From Scyliorhinus canicula (lineage: Eukaryota): a stretch of 64,000 nucleotides of DNA. Where the stretch lies: NCBI RefSeq assembly GCF_902713615.1, contig NC_052162.1, forward strand, positions 62,859,913 to 62,923,912. Direction: 5' to 3'. The translations under genes were made by a program, and so were the position numbers. Under the pieces are notes generated by a model. That model did not search any database and was not told the DNA's origin. It worked only from the letters and a program-made list of their open reading frames with translations. Shown in pieces: positions 12,722 to 26,826 of the stretch. Every line of letters starts with the position of its first letter. Position 1 is the first letter of the stretch.

Positions 12722-12890
12722 AAGTCCAACAGGTTTGTTTCAAATCACTAGCTTTCGGCGCACTGCGCCTTCCTCGGGTCCTGCAGTGCTCCAAAAGCTA
12801 GTGATTTGAAACAAACCTGTTGGACATTAAACTGTTGTAAGACTTCTTACTGTGCTCATCCCAGTCCAATGCTGGAATCTCCACATCATA
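12722..12890. mobile_element. Penelope-derived palindromic element
   Basis: Inverted arms GTCCAACAGGTTTGTTTCAAATCACTAGCTTT / AAAGCTAGTGATTTGAAACAAACCTGTTGGAC. Confidence 0.6.
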
Positions 12891-14280
12891 ACTTCCATGT
12901 GACTGGCAAGTACTGGACAGATATGGTCTTATCTGAGATACGTTGTCTGGCAGTGCTGGAAGTACGTTGCTGGTTCTCTTTGTCCTTGGCTCTGGACCTT
13001 CTGTCGATAGCAGGATGGTCTTCCTTGTGGTCGGTGAAAAGGTCATCGATATTGTTGGCTGTCGAAAGCTGCAGTCGAGAGAGCAAGTGGTGGGCTGCGC
13101 AGCACCTTTTTATCCTTGAGAGATTTTGCAGCCTTTTGGGCGGTCCCAGGTGAATATCCGATCCATCGATCAGGGCTTGATCACCCTGATTGATCATATC
13201 CAATTAAGAGCCGCTACCTTGATATCCCGATCGGCCGTGGCCATTGTTGTTCAGAACACATAGGCCTTTCCAAATAAGGCAACAGACGCCACCAAGTCTG
13301 CCACTTAATTTCTATTTCAAGCCCATCGTTCCGGGATGGTCTTTCAACAGCCTTTCCTGGGCTGTTAAAAACATCTGGACTGCAGCTTTTTGTGTATCTG
13401 CAGCCTGTCTGTACCTGAACTTGGCCACTTTTCCCAACATCCTTTTGCGGGATGCCATTTTAGGTGGCCACAGTGGGTTTCCTCCAGCTGCTTTTCCTCC
13501 CATATTCCCCGAAAGACGTGCTTGTTAGGTGAATTGGACATTCTGAATTCTCCCTCAGTGTACCCAAACAGGCGACGGAGTGTGGTGACTAGGGGATTTT
13601 CATGGTAACTTCATTGCAGTGTTAATGTAAGCCTACATGTGACAATAATAAAGATTATTATAATGTGGGACTGGGAAACGTTCTGCCCACAGTCTGATGT
13701 AAAGACACCGAGACTAGACAAGACCTGTGTAGAAGCGACCAGCTCCTAGCTTGGACTGTAACCTGCACATAGTTATGTATTATTAATAAACAGAGCGTGA
13801 TCTAATGGCCGCATTGTGCCTGGCACAAATCCAAGTGAGCCGGTTAGATCGAGGGAGAAGCAGACATTAGGATCCTGTCGACTGGCCTGCTCCCATTGGC
13901 GATATCCGGATCACACCTAGACATGATGTGAAACCAACAATGCCAATCTTCAGATCGCTAACGGGACAGATCCCCTATCTTTTTAAAATTTAAAGTGCTC
14001 AATTCTTTTTTTTTCCCAATTTAGCGTGACCAATCCATCTACCCTGCACATCTTTGGGTTGTGTGGTGGGACCAGCACAGACTGGGGAGAATGTGCAAAC
14101 TCAACACAAGCAGTAACCCGGGGCTGGGAGTCCTCGGCCTCCACTGTGCCGCCCTGGACCTCTTATCTAACAGCCTCCTGCTATCTCCCCAGGGAGCACA
14201 CCTATTTTAAAACTTGAAGCTAGTGCAATGGCTGCTGTGGGGATTGGAACCAGTCTGCTGCCCAGTGGTCGGGGGGGGAA

Positions 14281-14411
14281 NNNNNNNNNNNNNNNNNNNN
14301 NNNNNNNNNNNNNNNNNNNNNNNNNNNNNNNNNNNNNNNNNNNNNNNNNNNNNNNNNNNNNNNNNNNNNNNNNNNNNNNNNNNNNNNNNNNNNNNNNNNN
14401 NNNNNNNNNNN
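14281..14411. other. assembly gap (131 N)
   Basis: Run of n. Confidence 1.
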
Positions 14412-14796
14412 TATACCAGGGGCAACTTCAGCTGCTGCTTGTCAGTCCCATCAAACACTCTCAGAAATCCTGTCCACTGTCATACGGAGATGGTCGTTTT
14501 AATTACCCCTGCCTGTGGTGGCCGCAGCCTGTGATAAGGCAGGACTGCTGCCAGCAGGCCTACTACTAGCCTACAAAATAGGAAGAGGTGCTCTTCTAAC
14601 TCTTCTGCTATGTACTATGTTAGTGTGACTTTCAGGTAATGATTGTTCATGTCTTGGTAGCCTATGGGCGGCACGGTAGCACAGTGGTTAGCATGTTGCT
14701 TCACAGCGCCAGGGTGCTAGTTTCGATTCCCAGTTTAGGTCACTGTGTGGAGTCTGCACGGTCTCCCTGTGTCTGTGTGGGTTTCCTCTGGGTGCT

Positions 14797-15117
14797 TGGG
14801 CACTATATTGAATACTATACTCCAAGTATAGCCTAACTAAGGTTCTATACAGCTGCAACATGACTTGCCAATTCTTATACTCAATGCCCCAGCCAATGAA
14901 GGCGAGCATGCCTAATGCCTTCTTGACTACCGTCTCCACCTATGTTGGCCCTTTCAGTGACCTGTGGACCTGGACATCTAGATCTCTCTGACTGTCAATA
15001 CTCTTGAGGGTTCTACAATTCACTGTATATTCCCTACCTGCATCAGACCTTCCAAAATGCATTACCTCACATTTGTCAGGAATAAACTCCATCTGCCATC
15101 TCTCCGTCCAAGTCTCC
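14797..15117 (-). mobile_element. CR1 ORF2 fragment
   Basis: WQMEFIPDKCEVMHFG, LYRTLVRLYLEY. Confidence 0.8.
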
Positions 15118-16770
15118 ACATTCTGCCTCCACTGGCCCCAAACTCTCAGGGCCGCCACCACCACTGAACTGGTGGAGTACCGTGCCGGCGGGAATGGCAG
15201 AGGTGCCATTACCAACGCCCCCAACCTGGTGCCCTTACATGAAGCCGCCTCCACACGCACCCATGCCAACCCCTCCCCCACCACCCACTTCCTGATCATG
15301 GCTATATTAACCGCCCAGTAATAGTTGCTAAAATTTGGCAGTGCCAGCCCACCCTCTCCCCAACTCCGCTCAAGCATTATCTTCCTTACTCGTGGGGTCT
15401 TGCCCGCCCAGACGAAGCCCGTGATCACTCTGTTGACCCGCTTAAAAACGGACTGTGGAATAAAGATGGGGAGACACTGAAATACAAATAGGAATCACGG
15501 GAGGACCGTCATCTTCACCGTTTTCACCCTCCCAGCCAGAGACAACAGAAGCAGGACCCATCTCCGAAAATCGTCCTTCATTTAGTCCACCAGCCAGGCC
15601 AGATTCTTTATGCAGCTGGTCCCATTCCCGTGCCACTTGGATGCCTAGGTACCTAAAGCTTCCCTTTACTAACCTAAACAGCAGCTCTCCCAGTCACCTC
15701 TTCTGTTCCCTCGCCTGGACCACAAATATCTCACTCTTTCCCATATTAGGCCTATACCCTGAAAACCGGCCAAATTCCCGAGAGTCCTCATGATTTCTTC
15801 CATCCCCTCTATTGGGTCCTAAACGTACAGAAGCAGGTCATCCGCATAGAGCAAAAACCCTGTGCTCCACCCCCCCGGACCTGTCCTCTCCAGCCCCTCG
15901 AGGCTCTCGGAGCAATTGCCAACCGCTCTGTAGCCAGCGCAAACAACAGTGGGCAGAGGGGGCATCCCTGTCTCGTCCCCCGGTGCAGTCTAAAATAGTC
16001 CGATGTTGTCCTATTCGTCCGTACACTTGCCACAGGAGCCTGATACAGTAACCTGACCCAGTCAATAAAGCCCCGCCCGAATCTGAAGCGTCCCAATATC
16101 TCCCACAGATAGTCCCATTCTACCCGATCAAAAGCCTTTCCATTGCGATCACTAACTCCACCTCCCTACCTTCCGGGGGCACCATGATCACATTTAACAG
16201 CCTTCTTACATCGGCCACCAACTCCCTGCCTGAAAAAGAAACCCGTCTGGTCCTCCTCAATAATGTCCGGAACACAAACCTCGATCCTGGAGGACAAGAT
16301 TTTGGTCAGCAACTTGGCATCTACATTAAACAGGGAGATTGGCCTGTAGGACCCACACAACTCCGGGTTCTTGTACCGCTTAAGAGTCAGCAAAATCGTT
16401 GCCTGTGACATCGTCGGGGACGACACCCCTCTTTCCCTTGCCTCATTGAACATCCTCAACATTACCGGTCCCAATACCCCCGAGAATGTTTTATAAAACT
16501 CCACTGGGTACCCGTCCGAACCTGGGGCCTTACCCGCCTGCATGGCCTTCAAGCCCTCCACTATCTCCTCCAGCCCGATTGGGGCCCCCAGCCCTTCTAC
16601 CCGCTCCCCATCCACCTTGGGGAAATTCATCCCCTCCAAGAAGTGCCTCATCCCCTCCGACCCCATAGGGGGTTCCGACCTGTACAGCCTGCTGTAGAAA
16701 TCCCTAAACACCTTATTCACCCCTACTGAATCACCAACCGGGTTCCCACCTCCGTCCTTTACTTTCCCTT
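15118..16770 (-). mobile_element. L1-clade LINE ORF2 RT fragment
   Basis: GKAPGSDGYPVEFYK, YRPISLFNVDAK, RGTRQGCPL. Confidence 0.88.
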
Positions 16771-17120
16771 TGAGTAGCACAGACTTGATGGACTGGTTGG
16801 CCTCAAATTTTCTATGTTTCTGACTGTATGTTTTTAGTCAAGTAGTCTCAATGTGATATTAATTTATTATTGCGGCCAGTGAGAAACTAAGAACACTTCT
16901 ATGTTAGAGGAGTTGCCAATACAGTCGGTTCTTCTAATGGAGATTTCACCAGCAGTCAGAGGCCTTTTGACAGATCTCTGATCATGTATTTACTTTCATT
17001 ACTTAGGGCAAGATGGAGGGAACTTAAGAATGCAATACATAAATGAATGTAAGTACCTTAAATAAGTTTTGAGGCCTAAATTTCATACTCTGAAGTGAAA
17101 GGTATGTTTTGCTTTCTCAG

Positions 17121-17307
17121 ATGTCTTGCAACCACTTACTGCGTCTAAGCACCAGTGTACAGAATCTGCTGAGGGCTGGCATTCAAGGACTGGGACCATG
17201 GCAATATCAAATAAGGAAGATTCTACCTACTGTAACTGTAAGACGATATAAACATGGTGTTCCAGATTCCTTGAGCTGTTCGTGGTTGATGCATGATAAA
17301 CACTTGG
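17121..17307 (+). CDS. TMLHE: TMLHE exon 2 (first coding exon; mitochondrial presequence)
   Basis: cag|ATG...TTG G|gtaagt; Arg-rich, acid-free N-terminus; phase 1. Confidence 0.85.
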
Positions 17308-19883
17308 GTAAGTCCAGATTGAATTTGGATACATGCATTTGTATCGTTTATCTTAATCTGCACCTTCTATAGTCCCACATCTGCAACCATTCTTTTGATA
17401 TTTTTAATGTTCATTCTCCGGCTGAATTGGTAAACTGGTCTCAAACTGGTGGGCTCATGTACCTTTTCAGCCTTGGCTAAAATTTAGATCTTGGAGTTAT
17501 TGGGAATTGCAGATATTGATACACATGTTGCAAATTCCAGGTCCTGGATACCTCAATCATCTGATTGCATTATGTTGTCAGATCTCGATCATGTTGCCTT
17601 TGCCATATTTGGTTTAAACTTAATTTACAGCTCTACATCTGTGAGATTTTCAGTTTGTAACTTGCTCCACAGTTGCTTTACTGATCAGTCAGGATTGATA
17701 TCTGACCCAGTATTCAAGTCAGATTTAAAGATTTCATGCCAAATATATGGGAGTTACTCTGGTTTACTTGGAATGGTAGTAATGCTTTAATCTTTTGTCT
17801 GCTCAGTGATCATCCAAAAAAGCACACTTACAGTTTTCCTCTGCTTTTTAACCACAGCAAAGCAATAACTTTGCCTGTCATAATTAAATTTATTGGCTGC
17901 AACTGATGTTGCATACATGGTTGCACAGTGGTTAGCATTATGGCTCCAGGGTTCCAGGTTCGATTCCCAGCTTGGGTCATTGTTTGTGCGGAGTCTGCGT
18001 GTGTTTCCTCCTACAAGTCCTGAAAGATGTGCTATTCGGTAATTTGGACATTCTGAATTCTCCCTTTGTATACCCGAACAGGTGCCAGAATGTGGCGACT
18101 CGGGGGTTTTCACTGTAACTTCATTGCAGTGTTAATATAATCCTACTTGTAACAATAAAGATTATTATTATTATATGTAGGGTGGGATATTATATCGCCT
18201 AATAGAAGAAACCGTAAGGCTTCGCTGATATGTGGATGAGATGACCAAAGCTCCCATCAATACCAGCATTTGCAAAGTGGGAATTTACATTACTGACTTT
18301 TAAATTGCTGAAGTAGCCATCTTGATTTCTGATCTTCCTGAATCTGTTGCTGCATATGAATATTCGAAGCTCTTTGTCACGTACTCAGGACAATCGCAAG
18401 AATATTGATGTTGGGGGAAACAACATTACACTGTATAAGTGAGTGCTAATTGGTTGGCAAGTGGATTTGGCCGAGGCGTTGCCATGGAAAATGCACCAGT
18501 TAATAGTGGCTGACAGTTAACACCCAAGCATTGTTTGAAAATTTAAACTGGCCATCTTGAATATATTGTTTAGTTGAAGGAGGCGCAATTCTCTCTGCAA
18601 AGAATAGCGCCTGTGTATTAATATATGTAGCTTCGAGTACACACAAATGCGCCACACTGCAAGCCTGAGTGATGATCTTAAATTGGTTGCCAGCATAATT
18701 TTTACAATGTTGGGTATGTAGGCCACATGCCCCAAAGACTGTTATATCATATCAAACAGTATGTCCCTTCTGCTCTTCACAATGGCCAAAGTACAGATTG
18801 TACCCAACCAGCTGTACTAGCAAAACTCAAAGACAGTGTCCATATGATTGGACATTTACTATAAACAAATTATGTGGATGCTGGAATCTGACCCCAGAAA
18901 ACAATTTCTGTTTCTTTCCTAATAGATGCTGGCAGACCTGATGTTTTTCCAGCATCCCCTGTTTTTGTTTATTAAATAGTCCTCTGTGCAAAAAATTACA
19001 CTGACAAACTATTTTAAATTGTCATTTGGGCTCACAATGTGACACATTTGTGTGTACTGGAAGCTACAGATATTAATGCACAGGATCCTGTTCTTTGCAT
19101 AGAGAAAGAACATGTACACACACTACACCTATTTCAGCTAAACAAGATAAGTGGTACCATTCCCTGGTTCATTCCTCAGAGCAATGCTTTGATAAGATTC
19201 AAGTTACCTGGTTTAACTTTGCTTGCTGTCGATCAGCATTAACTGATGCCTCCTCCTGTACTTTGGACCACGGGAGCAAACCGGAGCACCCAGAGGAACC
19301 CCATGCAGACAATGACCCACGGTGGACTGGAACCCAAGTCCCTGGCGCTGTGAGGCAGCATGCTAATAGCTCTGCCCTAGACTGTTGTGTTTTAATGCTG
19401 TTTTGCAGTGAATATATGGACTAAAAAGTAAGCTTTGATTTGTGAAGTGAGATAATTAATTTAAATTCTAACCAGTTCATTCTTGCTGACAAAATTTAGT
19501 TTCCCACATTGAGTTGTGTGGGTAGTGCCAATAAAAACTTGTACCCCACAGCTGCCTCCTGGAACCGATCCCGGGTTTGATCGCGGCCCCAGGTCACTGT
19601 CCGTGTAGAGTTTGCACATTCTCCACGTGTCTGCGTGGGCCTCACCCCCACAACCCAAAAGATGAATTGGCCACACTAAATTGCACCTTAATTGGAAAAA
19701 AGAATTGGGTACTCTAAATTTAAAAGCAAAACTTGTACTCCTTTGCATTTTTTTGTCTTTTGCTCCATTCTCTTCCTTATAACCTTGTATTTATTAGACC
19801 TGTATCTGATTGAAGATACCATGAAATCCATGCCATGTTAAGGTACTTAAAATTAAAGAACTAAAATCCTGTTACTGTTTCAG

Positions 19884-20060
19884 AACTGAAGTTTGATGAC
19901 ATGGTGATGCGTTTAGATTATGTTTGGCTACGGGATCACTGCCGCTCTGCATCGTGTTACAACCCAAAGACCAATCAGCGAAGCTTGGATACAGCTCAGG
20001 TGGATTTAGCCATCAAGCCAGCAAAAATACGGTCAGATAATGATGCAATCTACATAACCT
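19884..20060 (+). CDS. TMLHE: TMLHE exon 3
   Basis: ELKFDDMVMRLDYVWLRDHCRSASCYNPKTNQRSLDTA; 177 nt. Confidence 0.95.
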
Positions 20061-20272
20061 GTAAGTTACTTACTCCTTTATGCTCATAGTACAGTCCTTT
20101 ATTTAGCAAGGCCAATTCTTAAGGAATCGGGAGACGTTTAAACTGTGTGAGAATAAAGTTTGATTTGTCACTTTTAATGCTAGTTAATAATACCAGTTAT
20201 TTGAGCATGCTAAGCATAATTCTTTTTCCTTTGCTTGTAACCATTTCAGTCTCTTTCCTGTTTTGCTCACAG

Positions 20273-20549
20273 GGCCAGATAATCACATGACCAAGTATGC
20301 CTTGTCATGGTTGGCAAAATATTCTTTTGAAGGCCAGGAGGAGATAGTTCATCGTCGCATCCTTTGGAATGCTGCAGTTTATAAAGAAGCTGAAATTCCT
20401 TACGTCACTTACAATTCTGTGATGGAGTCTGATGAGGAACTAAAAATTTTTTTAGAAACTTTCCTGCTTTATGGCATTGCTTTTATTGATGAAGTCCCTG
20501 CGAGTGTTGAGGCAACAGAAACTGTAGCTTTACGTGTTGGTTTGATCAG
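20273..20549 (+). CDS. TMLHE: TMLHE exon 4
   Basis: WPDNHMTKY...FLLYGIAF...GLIR; AG/GT borders. Confidence 0.95.
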
Positions 20550-21025
20550 GTACGATTTTCTTTTAGATGGTGAGAATTCCTTGGCAGTTGGTATTAAAGC
20601 TTCAAATTCTGATCTGACCAGGATTTCTATATGATCCCTTTTGGCTTGGTTTAAGTCTATTTTAATGTCTACCATCTTAAGTTGCATTATAACAGCTGTT
20701 GAGACTTGTGACTTTCTTAAACTTAAAATTCCCAGTTTTTAACAGAACTACACCATAAGAATACATGTTTCAAACAAATGGTTTAATGTACAAAAATTAA
20801 GGCATGTACTACTATCAATGCTATATTTAATAAACACTTTAGACACGCACACACCACAACAGAATACTCCCTGTTCCTATTTTTATTTCCACCCAATAGT
20901 TCCCCTATAGGATATTGAGAGTTACTTAATGCTTTCACTCTCTCTGGCAAACTCGGTGTACCACATCTCTCAGAAGTTAACTTTGACTTTTCTCAATGTC
21001 CCACTAGTCTGCATGATATGAGATT

Positions 21026-21218
21026 TGGGCGGCAGCACAGTGGTGCACTGGTTAGCACTGCTGTCTCACGGCACCGAGGGCCCAGGTTCAATCCTGGCAT
21101 TGGGTCACTGTCCGTGTGGAGTTTGCACATTCTCCCCGTGTCTGCGTGGGTTTCACCCTCACAACCCAAAAATGTGCAGAGTAGGTGGATTGGCCACGTT
21201 AATTGCCCCTTAATTGGA
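21026..21218 (+). mobile_element. V-SINE, short subtype
   Basis: tRNA head plus CACAACCCAAA variant. Confidence 0.8.
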
Positions 21219-21419
21219 ACAGTTATGGACTTCCCAGATCGAGCATGGACCTTACTGCATCCTTGTTTAGTGATTCCAAATCAGAAACAATCTGGTTCCT
21301 GATAGCCTTCTGCTCCTTGTCCCCAGCTCTTGATGGATTCTCTCTGTCTTCTGTAAACTGTTCCAGACCCAAACTTCAACCCTTCTTCTGAGATACCTAC
21401 AGACAGCCTGCCTCCAGTC

Positions 21420-22210
21420 TGCTGTCATGCACTTTGGTGGGAAGAATAGAAGAGCTGAATATTATTTAAATGGAGAAGACTGCAGAAAGCTGTAGTTCAG
21501 AGGGTTTTGGAAGTCCTCATGCATAAATCCCCAAAAACTAACATGCAAGTTGCGCAGGTAACAGGGAAAGAAAATGGAATATTGGCCTTCATTTCAAAGA
21601 GAATGGATTTTAAAAATATGGAAGTCTTGCTCAAGCTCTACAAGGCATTAGTTAAACCACACCTGGAAGCTGTGAACAGTTTTGATCCCCCTATCTAAGG
21701 AAATATATACTGACTTTGGAGGCAGTCCAGGGAAGGTTTACTAGGTTTATCCTGGGTATGGAGGGATTTTCTTCTCGAGAGTGGTTGAGTGCGCTGGGCC
21801 TGTACTCAATGGAGTTCAGAAGAATGAGACAACCTAATTGAGACATACAGGATTCTCGTGGGGGGGGGGGGGGGCTTGACAGATTGGATGCTGAGAGATT
21901 GTTTTCCTTTGTGGGAGAGTCTAGGACCAGAGGGCATAATCAGATGGATGAGGATGAATTTCTTCTCTGAGAGGACAGTGAATCTGCGGAATTCTTTACT
22001 GCAGAAAGCTGTGGAGGCAGGGTCGGTAACTATGTTCACGGCTGCGACAGACAGATTTTTAATCCGTAAAGGAATCTGGTGTTGTGGGAATAAGGTAGGA
22101 AAGTGGAGTAGAGGATTATCATTTCAGATCAGTCATGATCTCATTGAATGGCACAGCATACTCGGTGGGCCAAATGGCCTGCTCCTTTGTCATATGGTCT
22201 TGTGGCCTCA
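21420..22210 (+). mobile_element. CR1 3' fragment
   Basis: LYKALVKPHLE, RMNFFSERTVNL, CR1 3' UTR. Confidence 0.8.
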
Positions 22211-22554
22211 TTGAGAGAGGTCAATATAGTTCTAGGTATGAATATCTCTCACTATCATCTGCAACTTCGATCAACTCTAGACCTGACTGATTAACTATCC
22301 AGCTCATGCTTTTTTGTATTTACCCTACATATAGAAATTACAATTTCTAAACTTTTTTTGAATAATATACATATTTGGAACACAGCCACTCTTGTTACCA
22401 CCAGAATAATGTGAAATATACATACTGCACTTACAGATTAATGTATCACAGAACTTTTGTGATAATTTTGTAGGTAAGTGGAATAATATTAGATCTTGCA
22501 TTGAAATTTCTGACAAGTGCTTTCCAAGTGTCTATTTTAATGTTCACATAGCCT

Positions 22555-23930
22555 ATAAGACTATAAGAGCAGAATTAGGCCACTTGGCCCATCGAGTTTG
22601 CTCCACCATTCAATCATGGCTGATATTTTCTCATCCCCATTCTCCTGCCTTCTTCCCCATAACCCCTGGTCCCCTTATTAATCATGAACCTATCTATCTC
22701 TGTCTTAAAGACACTCCGTGAATTGGCCTCCACAGCCTTCTGCAGCAAAGAGTTCCACAGATTCACCACCCTCTGGCTGAAGAAATTCCTCCTCATCTCT
22801 GTTTTAAAGAATCGTCCCTTTAGTCTGAGATGGTGTCCTCTGGTTCTAGTTTTTCCTACAAATGGAAACATCCTCCACGTCCACTCTATCCAGCCTCGCA
22901 GTATCTTGTACGTTTCAATAAGATCCCCTCTCATCCTTCTAAACTCCAACGAGTACAGACCCAGAGTCCTCAAACGTTCCTTATATGACAAGTTCTTCAT
23001 TCCAGGGATCATTCTTGTGAACCTCCTCTGGACCCTTTCCAAGGCCAGCACATCCTTCTTTAGATACAGGACCCAAAACTGCTCACAGTACTCCAAATGA
23101 GGTCTGACTCGCGCCTTATACAGCCTCAGAAGTACATCCCCGGTCTTGTATTCCAACCCTCTTGACATGAATGCTAACATTGCATTTGTCTTCTTAACTG
23201 CCAACTGAACCTGCACATTAACCTTAAGAGAATTGTGAACAAGGACTCCCAAGTCCCTTTGCGCTTCTGATTTCCGATGCATTTCCCCATTTAGAAAATA
23301 GTCTACGCCTAAATTCCTCCTTCCAAAGTGCGTAAACTCACACTTTTCCACATTGTATTTCATTTGCCACCTCATTGCCCACTCTCCTGGCTTGTCCAAG
23401 TTCTTCTGCAGCCCCCTTGCTTCCTCAATATTACATGTCCTTCTACAGATCTTTGTATCATCTGCAAACATAGCAACAGTGCCTTTAGTTTCTTCTTCTA
23501 GATCATTAATGTATATTGTGAAAAGTTGTGGTCCCAGCACAGACCCCTGAGGCACACCACTAGTCACCGCCTGCTATCCTCACCCTCTGCCTCTGCCTGT
23601 CAGCCAATCTTCTATCCATGCCAGGATCTTACCCTTAACACCATGGGCTTTTAACTTTTTTTTTATAAATAGAGTGCCCAATTATTATTTCTTTCCAATT
23701 ATGGGGCAATTTAGCGTGGCCAATCCACCTAACCTGCACATCTTTGGGTTGTGAGGGTGAAACCCACGCAGACACGGGGAGAATGTACAAACTCCACACG
23801 GACAATGACCCAGGGCCGGGATTCGAAACCAGGTCCTCAGCGCCGCAGGCAGCAATGCTAACCACTGTGCCACGTGTCGCCCGCTTTTAACTTATTTAAC
23901 AGTCTCCTATGTGGTACCTTGTCAAAGGCG
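22555..23930 (-). mobile_element. 5'-truncated CR1 with a nested SINE
   Basis: ORF 22614-23567 encodes the RT C-terminus (GVPQGSVLGP, FADD, VRPHLEYC). Confidence 0.9.
23658..23882 (-). mobile_element. V-SINE inserted in CR1
   Basis: 11-bp TSD GCTTTTAACTT at 23647-23657 and 23883-23893. Confidence 0.88.
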
Positions 23931-24090
23931 TTTACGGGGGTGGAGATGAGGGAGTGGAAGAAAGAAGACATTGGACAATCAATACAGTCTTCTGGGAGAC
24001 AAAACACAGCCAAATAAAGCCAAATAAATCCTCACAATCCCAAAAAATGAAATTACTCTTGGAATCACAGAGCTATTCCACCCATCATTC

Positions 24091-24315
24091 CTTTTTTTAA
24101 TAAATTTAGATTACCCAATTATTTTTTCCAATTAAGGGGCAATTTAGCGTGGCCAACCCACCTACTCTGCACATTTTTGGGTTGTGGGGGCGAAACCCAC
24201 GCAGACACTGGGAGAATGTGCAAACTCCACACGGACAGTGACCCAGAGCCGGGATCGAACCTGGGACATCGGTGTCTTGAGACAGCAGTGCTAACCACTG
24301 CGCCACCTTGCTGCC
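24091..24315 (-). mobile_element. V-SINE
   Basis: Family match. Confidence 0.85.
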
Positions 24316-25484
24316 CTAAGAGGCAACTCAACAATCTTCCTAATGATCCCAACATACCCAGTGAACCAGGCGGTCACTTTACCTTCCCCTCACCTTCTAC
24401 CCTCCCTGACAAGTTTGCTTCGTGTTCCCTTTCATGGGAATATACCTTGGCTGAACTTGACTTCTCTTCTTTAAAGGCAGCACATTGTTCCATTATAGTT
24501 TGGTCAACTCATCTTTATCTGGGCCAGTTCCATTCTCACCCCATCGAAGTTGGCTTTGCCCCCAGTTACATATTCTTATTCTTTATTGCCCCTGTCCATT
24601 CCTATAGTCAACCTAAGCCTGATGATACAATTATCATTTTCCCCTAAATTTTCACCTATTGATTCTGATCCACTTGACCCCCCCCATTCCCAAGAACCTC
24701 AGCGCCGTGAGGCGGTTGTGCTAACCACTAGGCCACCGTGCTGCCCCCACCCATCATTCCTGCGTCAGCTCTTTAGTAGAGCAATGCAACACCCTTGTTC
24801 TTCCCATAACCTTGTAAATTGTTTCCCTTCAATAGTTATCCAGTTCTCTTTGTCCAACTCATTTGATATATTTTTTTAATTGTTTCTGGTTCTTTGCCAA
24901 TTACTGTAAATTTGTGTCCTGTGGTCACTGTCTCTTATGTTCAAGTTTTAGCAAAATTTCCGTTTGTATCGTAATGCCTCTACTAATAAAGCCAAGAATA
25001 GCATTTGCATTAATCGCATTCTCAACTTGTCCTGTCACCTTCAAAGACTTGTGTAGATACACTTCCAAGTCTCTCTATGCACCCCTGCATCATTTGGTTT
25101 ATATTGCCTACCCTCATTTGTCGACCACTTCACACTTCTGTTAAATTTCATCTTCCCACTTTACCAAATTTGTCATCCTGATGTTGGTTACCATCCTCTT
25201 ATTTTATTGTGTTTCGTAACATCTGTAAACTTTGAAATTACACCCGATATACCAGGTGATTAATGCACATCAACAAAAACAATGGTCCTAGTACTCACCC
25301 TTGGGGAAAGTCACTATATCCTTCAGTCTGAAATATACTAACCATTCACTTCTATCATTTCTCTCCCTTTTGCCAGTTTTTAATCATTCTGCCACTGTCC
25401 ATATCTCTGAATCGAATGGGCTTCACTTTTGCTAACCACTTGATTATGTAGTATGGGCTTCAATTTTGCGAAGCACTTGATTAT

Positions 25485-25800
25485 GGGCAGCACGGTAGTT
25501 TGGTGGTTAGCGCTATGACTTCACAGCACCAGGGTCCCAGGTTCAATTCCCGCTTGGGTCACTGTCTGTGCGGAGTCTGCACGTTCTCCCCGTGTCTGTG
25601 TGGGTTTCTTCTGGGTGCTCCGGTTTCTTCCCACAGTCCAAAGACGTGCAGGTTAGGTGGTTTGGCCATGCTAAATTGCCCTTGGTGTCCAAAAAGGTTA
25701 GGAGGGGCTACTGGGTTACGGGGATAGGGTGGAAGTGAGGGTTTAAAGGTCGGTGCAGACTCGATGGGCCGAATACCCTCCTTCTGCACTGTATGTTCTA
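25485..25800 (+). mobile_element. HE1/V-SINE
   Basis: Family match. Confidence 0.85.
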
Positions 25801-26615
25801 ATTGACCCTGGTCACCTTTGACTACTATTTTGATATGTGTTTGACTCTTGGTTCTCCTTTTTAATGTTTGCTTCTAACCTTATCTCAACTATATCATTCC
25901 TTTTCCAGTGTTACAATTTATTTGATCAATACTGCTACCCATCTGCACCGTTTTCTCCATCTTTCCTGAATACCTTGTAACAAAAATTAATAAATAATTT
26001 GAGCTAGATCTCTTATTCCATTAGTCCCATCTGCTGACTTGTGCCGACTGCTCATCAAACCTACTCACACTCCCAAGCATTTGTGTACATGCACCCAAAG
26101 CTGTCTCTGACCCATGTGCACCAATCTGATCTCCGTTCTATTTCTGAAATTCCTTTTAACGGGTAGTTCTAATAGTCTCTGTTGTCTGTACACATTGCTT
26201 CTTCTTTCATGATTGTCCCCCTGCCAAATTAGTTTAAACTTTCCTCCCACAGTATCAGTAACCTTTGTGATGACAGCAGTCCCAGCTGTTTCGAGGCCCA
26301 ACACATCTAGTTTGAACAAATCCCTCCTGCCCCAGAACTGGTCTTAATGTCCCAGAAATCTGAAGCCCTCCCACCTGCACATTTCTCCAGCCACATGATG
26401 TGCTCTGAACTGCACTGCAGATTTCCTCGCTGATATTCAGAACAAAAATCAAAAGACTACAGACATGGGGGCAGGAGTAGGCCATTCGGCCCATTGTGTC
26501 TGCTCTGCCATTCAATGAGATCATGACTGATCTGATGATCCTCAGCACCTTCTCCTCTCCCCCCCCCCCCCCCATAACCCTTGATTCACTTTTGATAAAA
26601 AAATATATCTATCTG

Positions 26616-26826
26616 TGGGCAGCACGGTGGCACAGTGGTTAGCAGAGCTGCCCCATGGCACCGAGGTCCCAGGTTCGATCCTGGCTCTGGGTCACTGTGT
26701 GGAGTTTGCACATTCTCCCCGTGTTTGCGTGGGTTTCGCCCCCACAACCCAAAGATGTGCAGGGTAGGTGAATTGGCCACACTAAATTGCCCCTTAATTG
26801 GAAAAAATTAATTGGGTACTCTAAAT
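26616..26826 (+). mobile_element. V-SINE within a CR1 3' UTR
   Basis: Family match. Confidence 0.8.
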
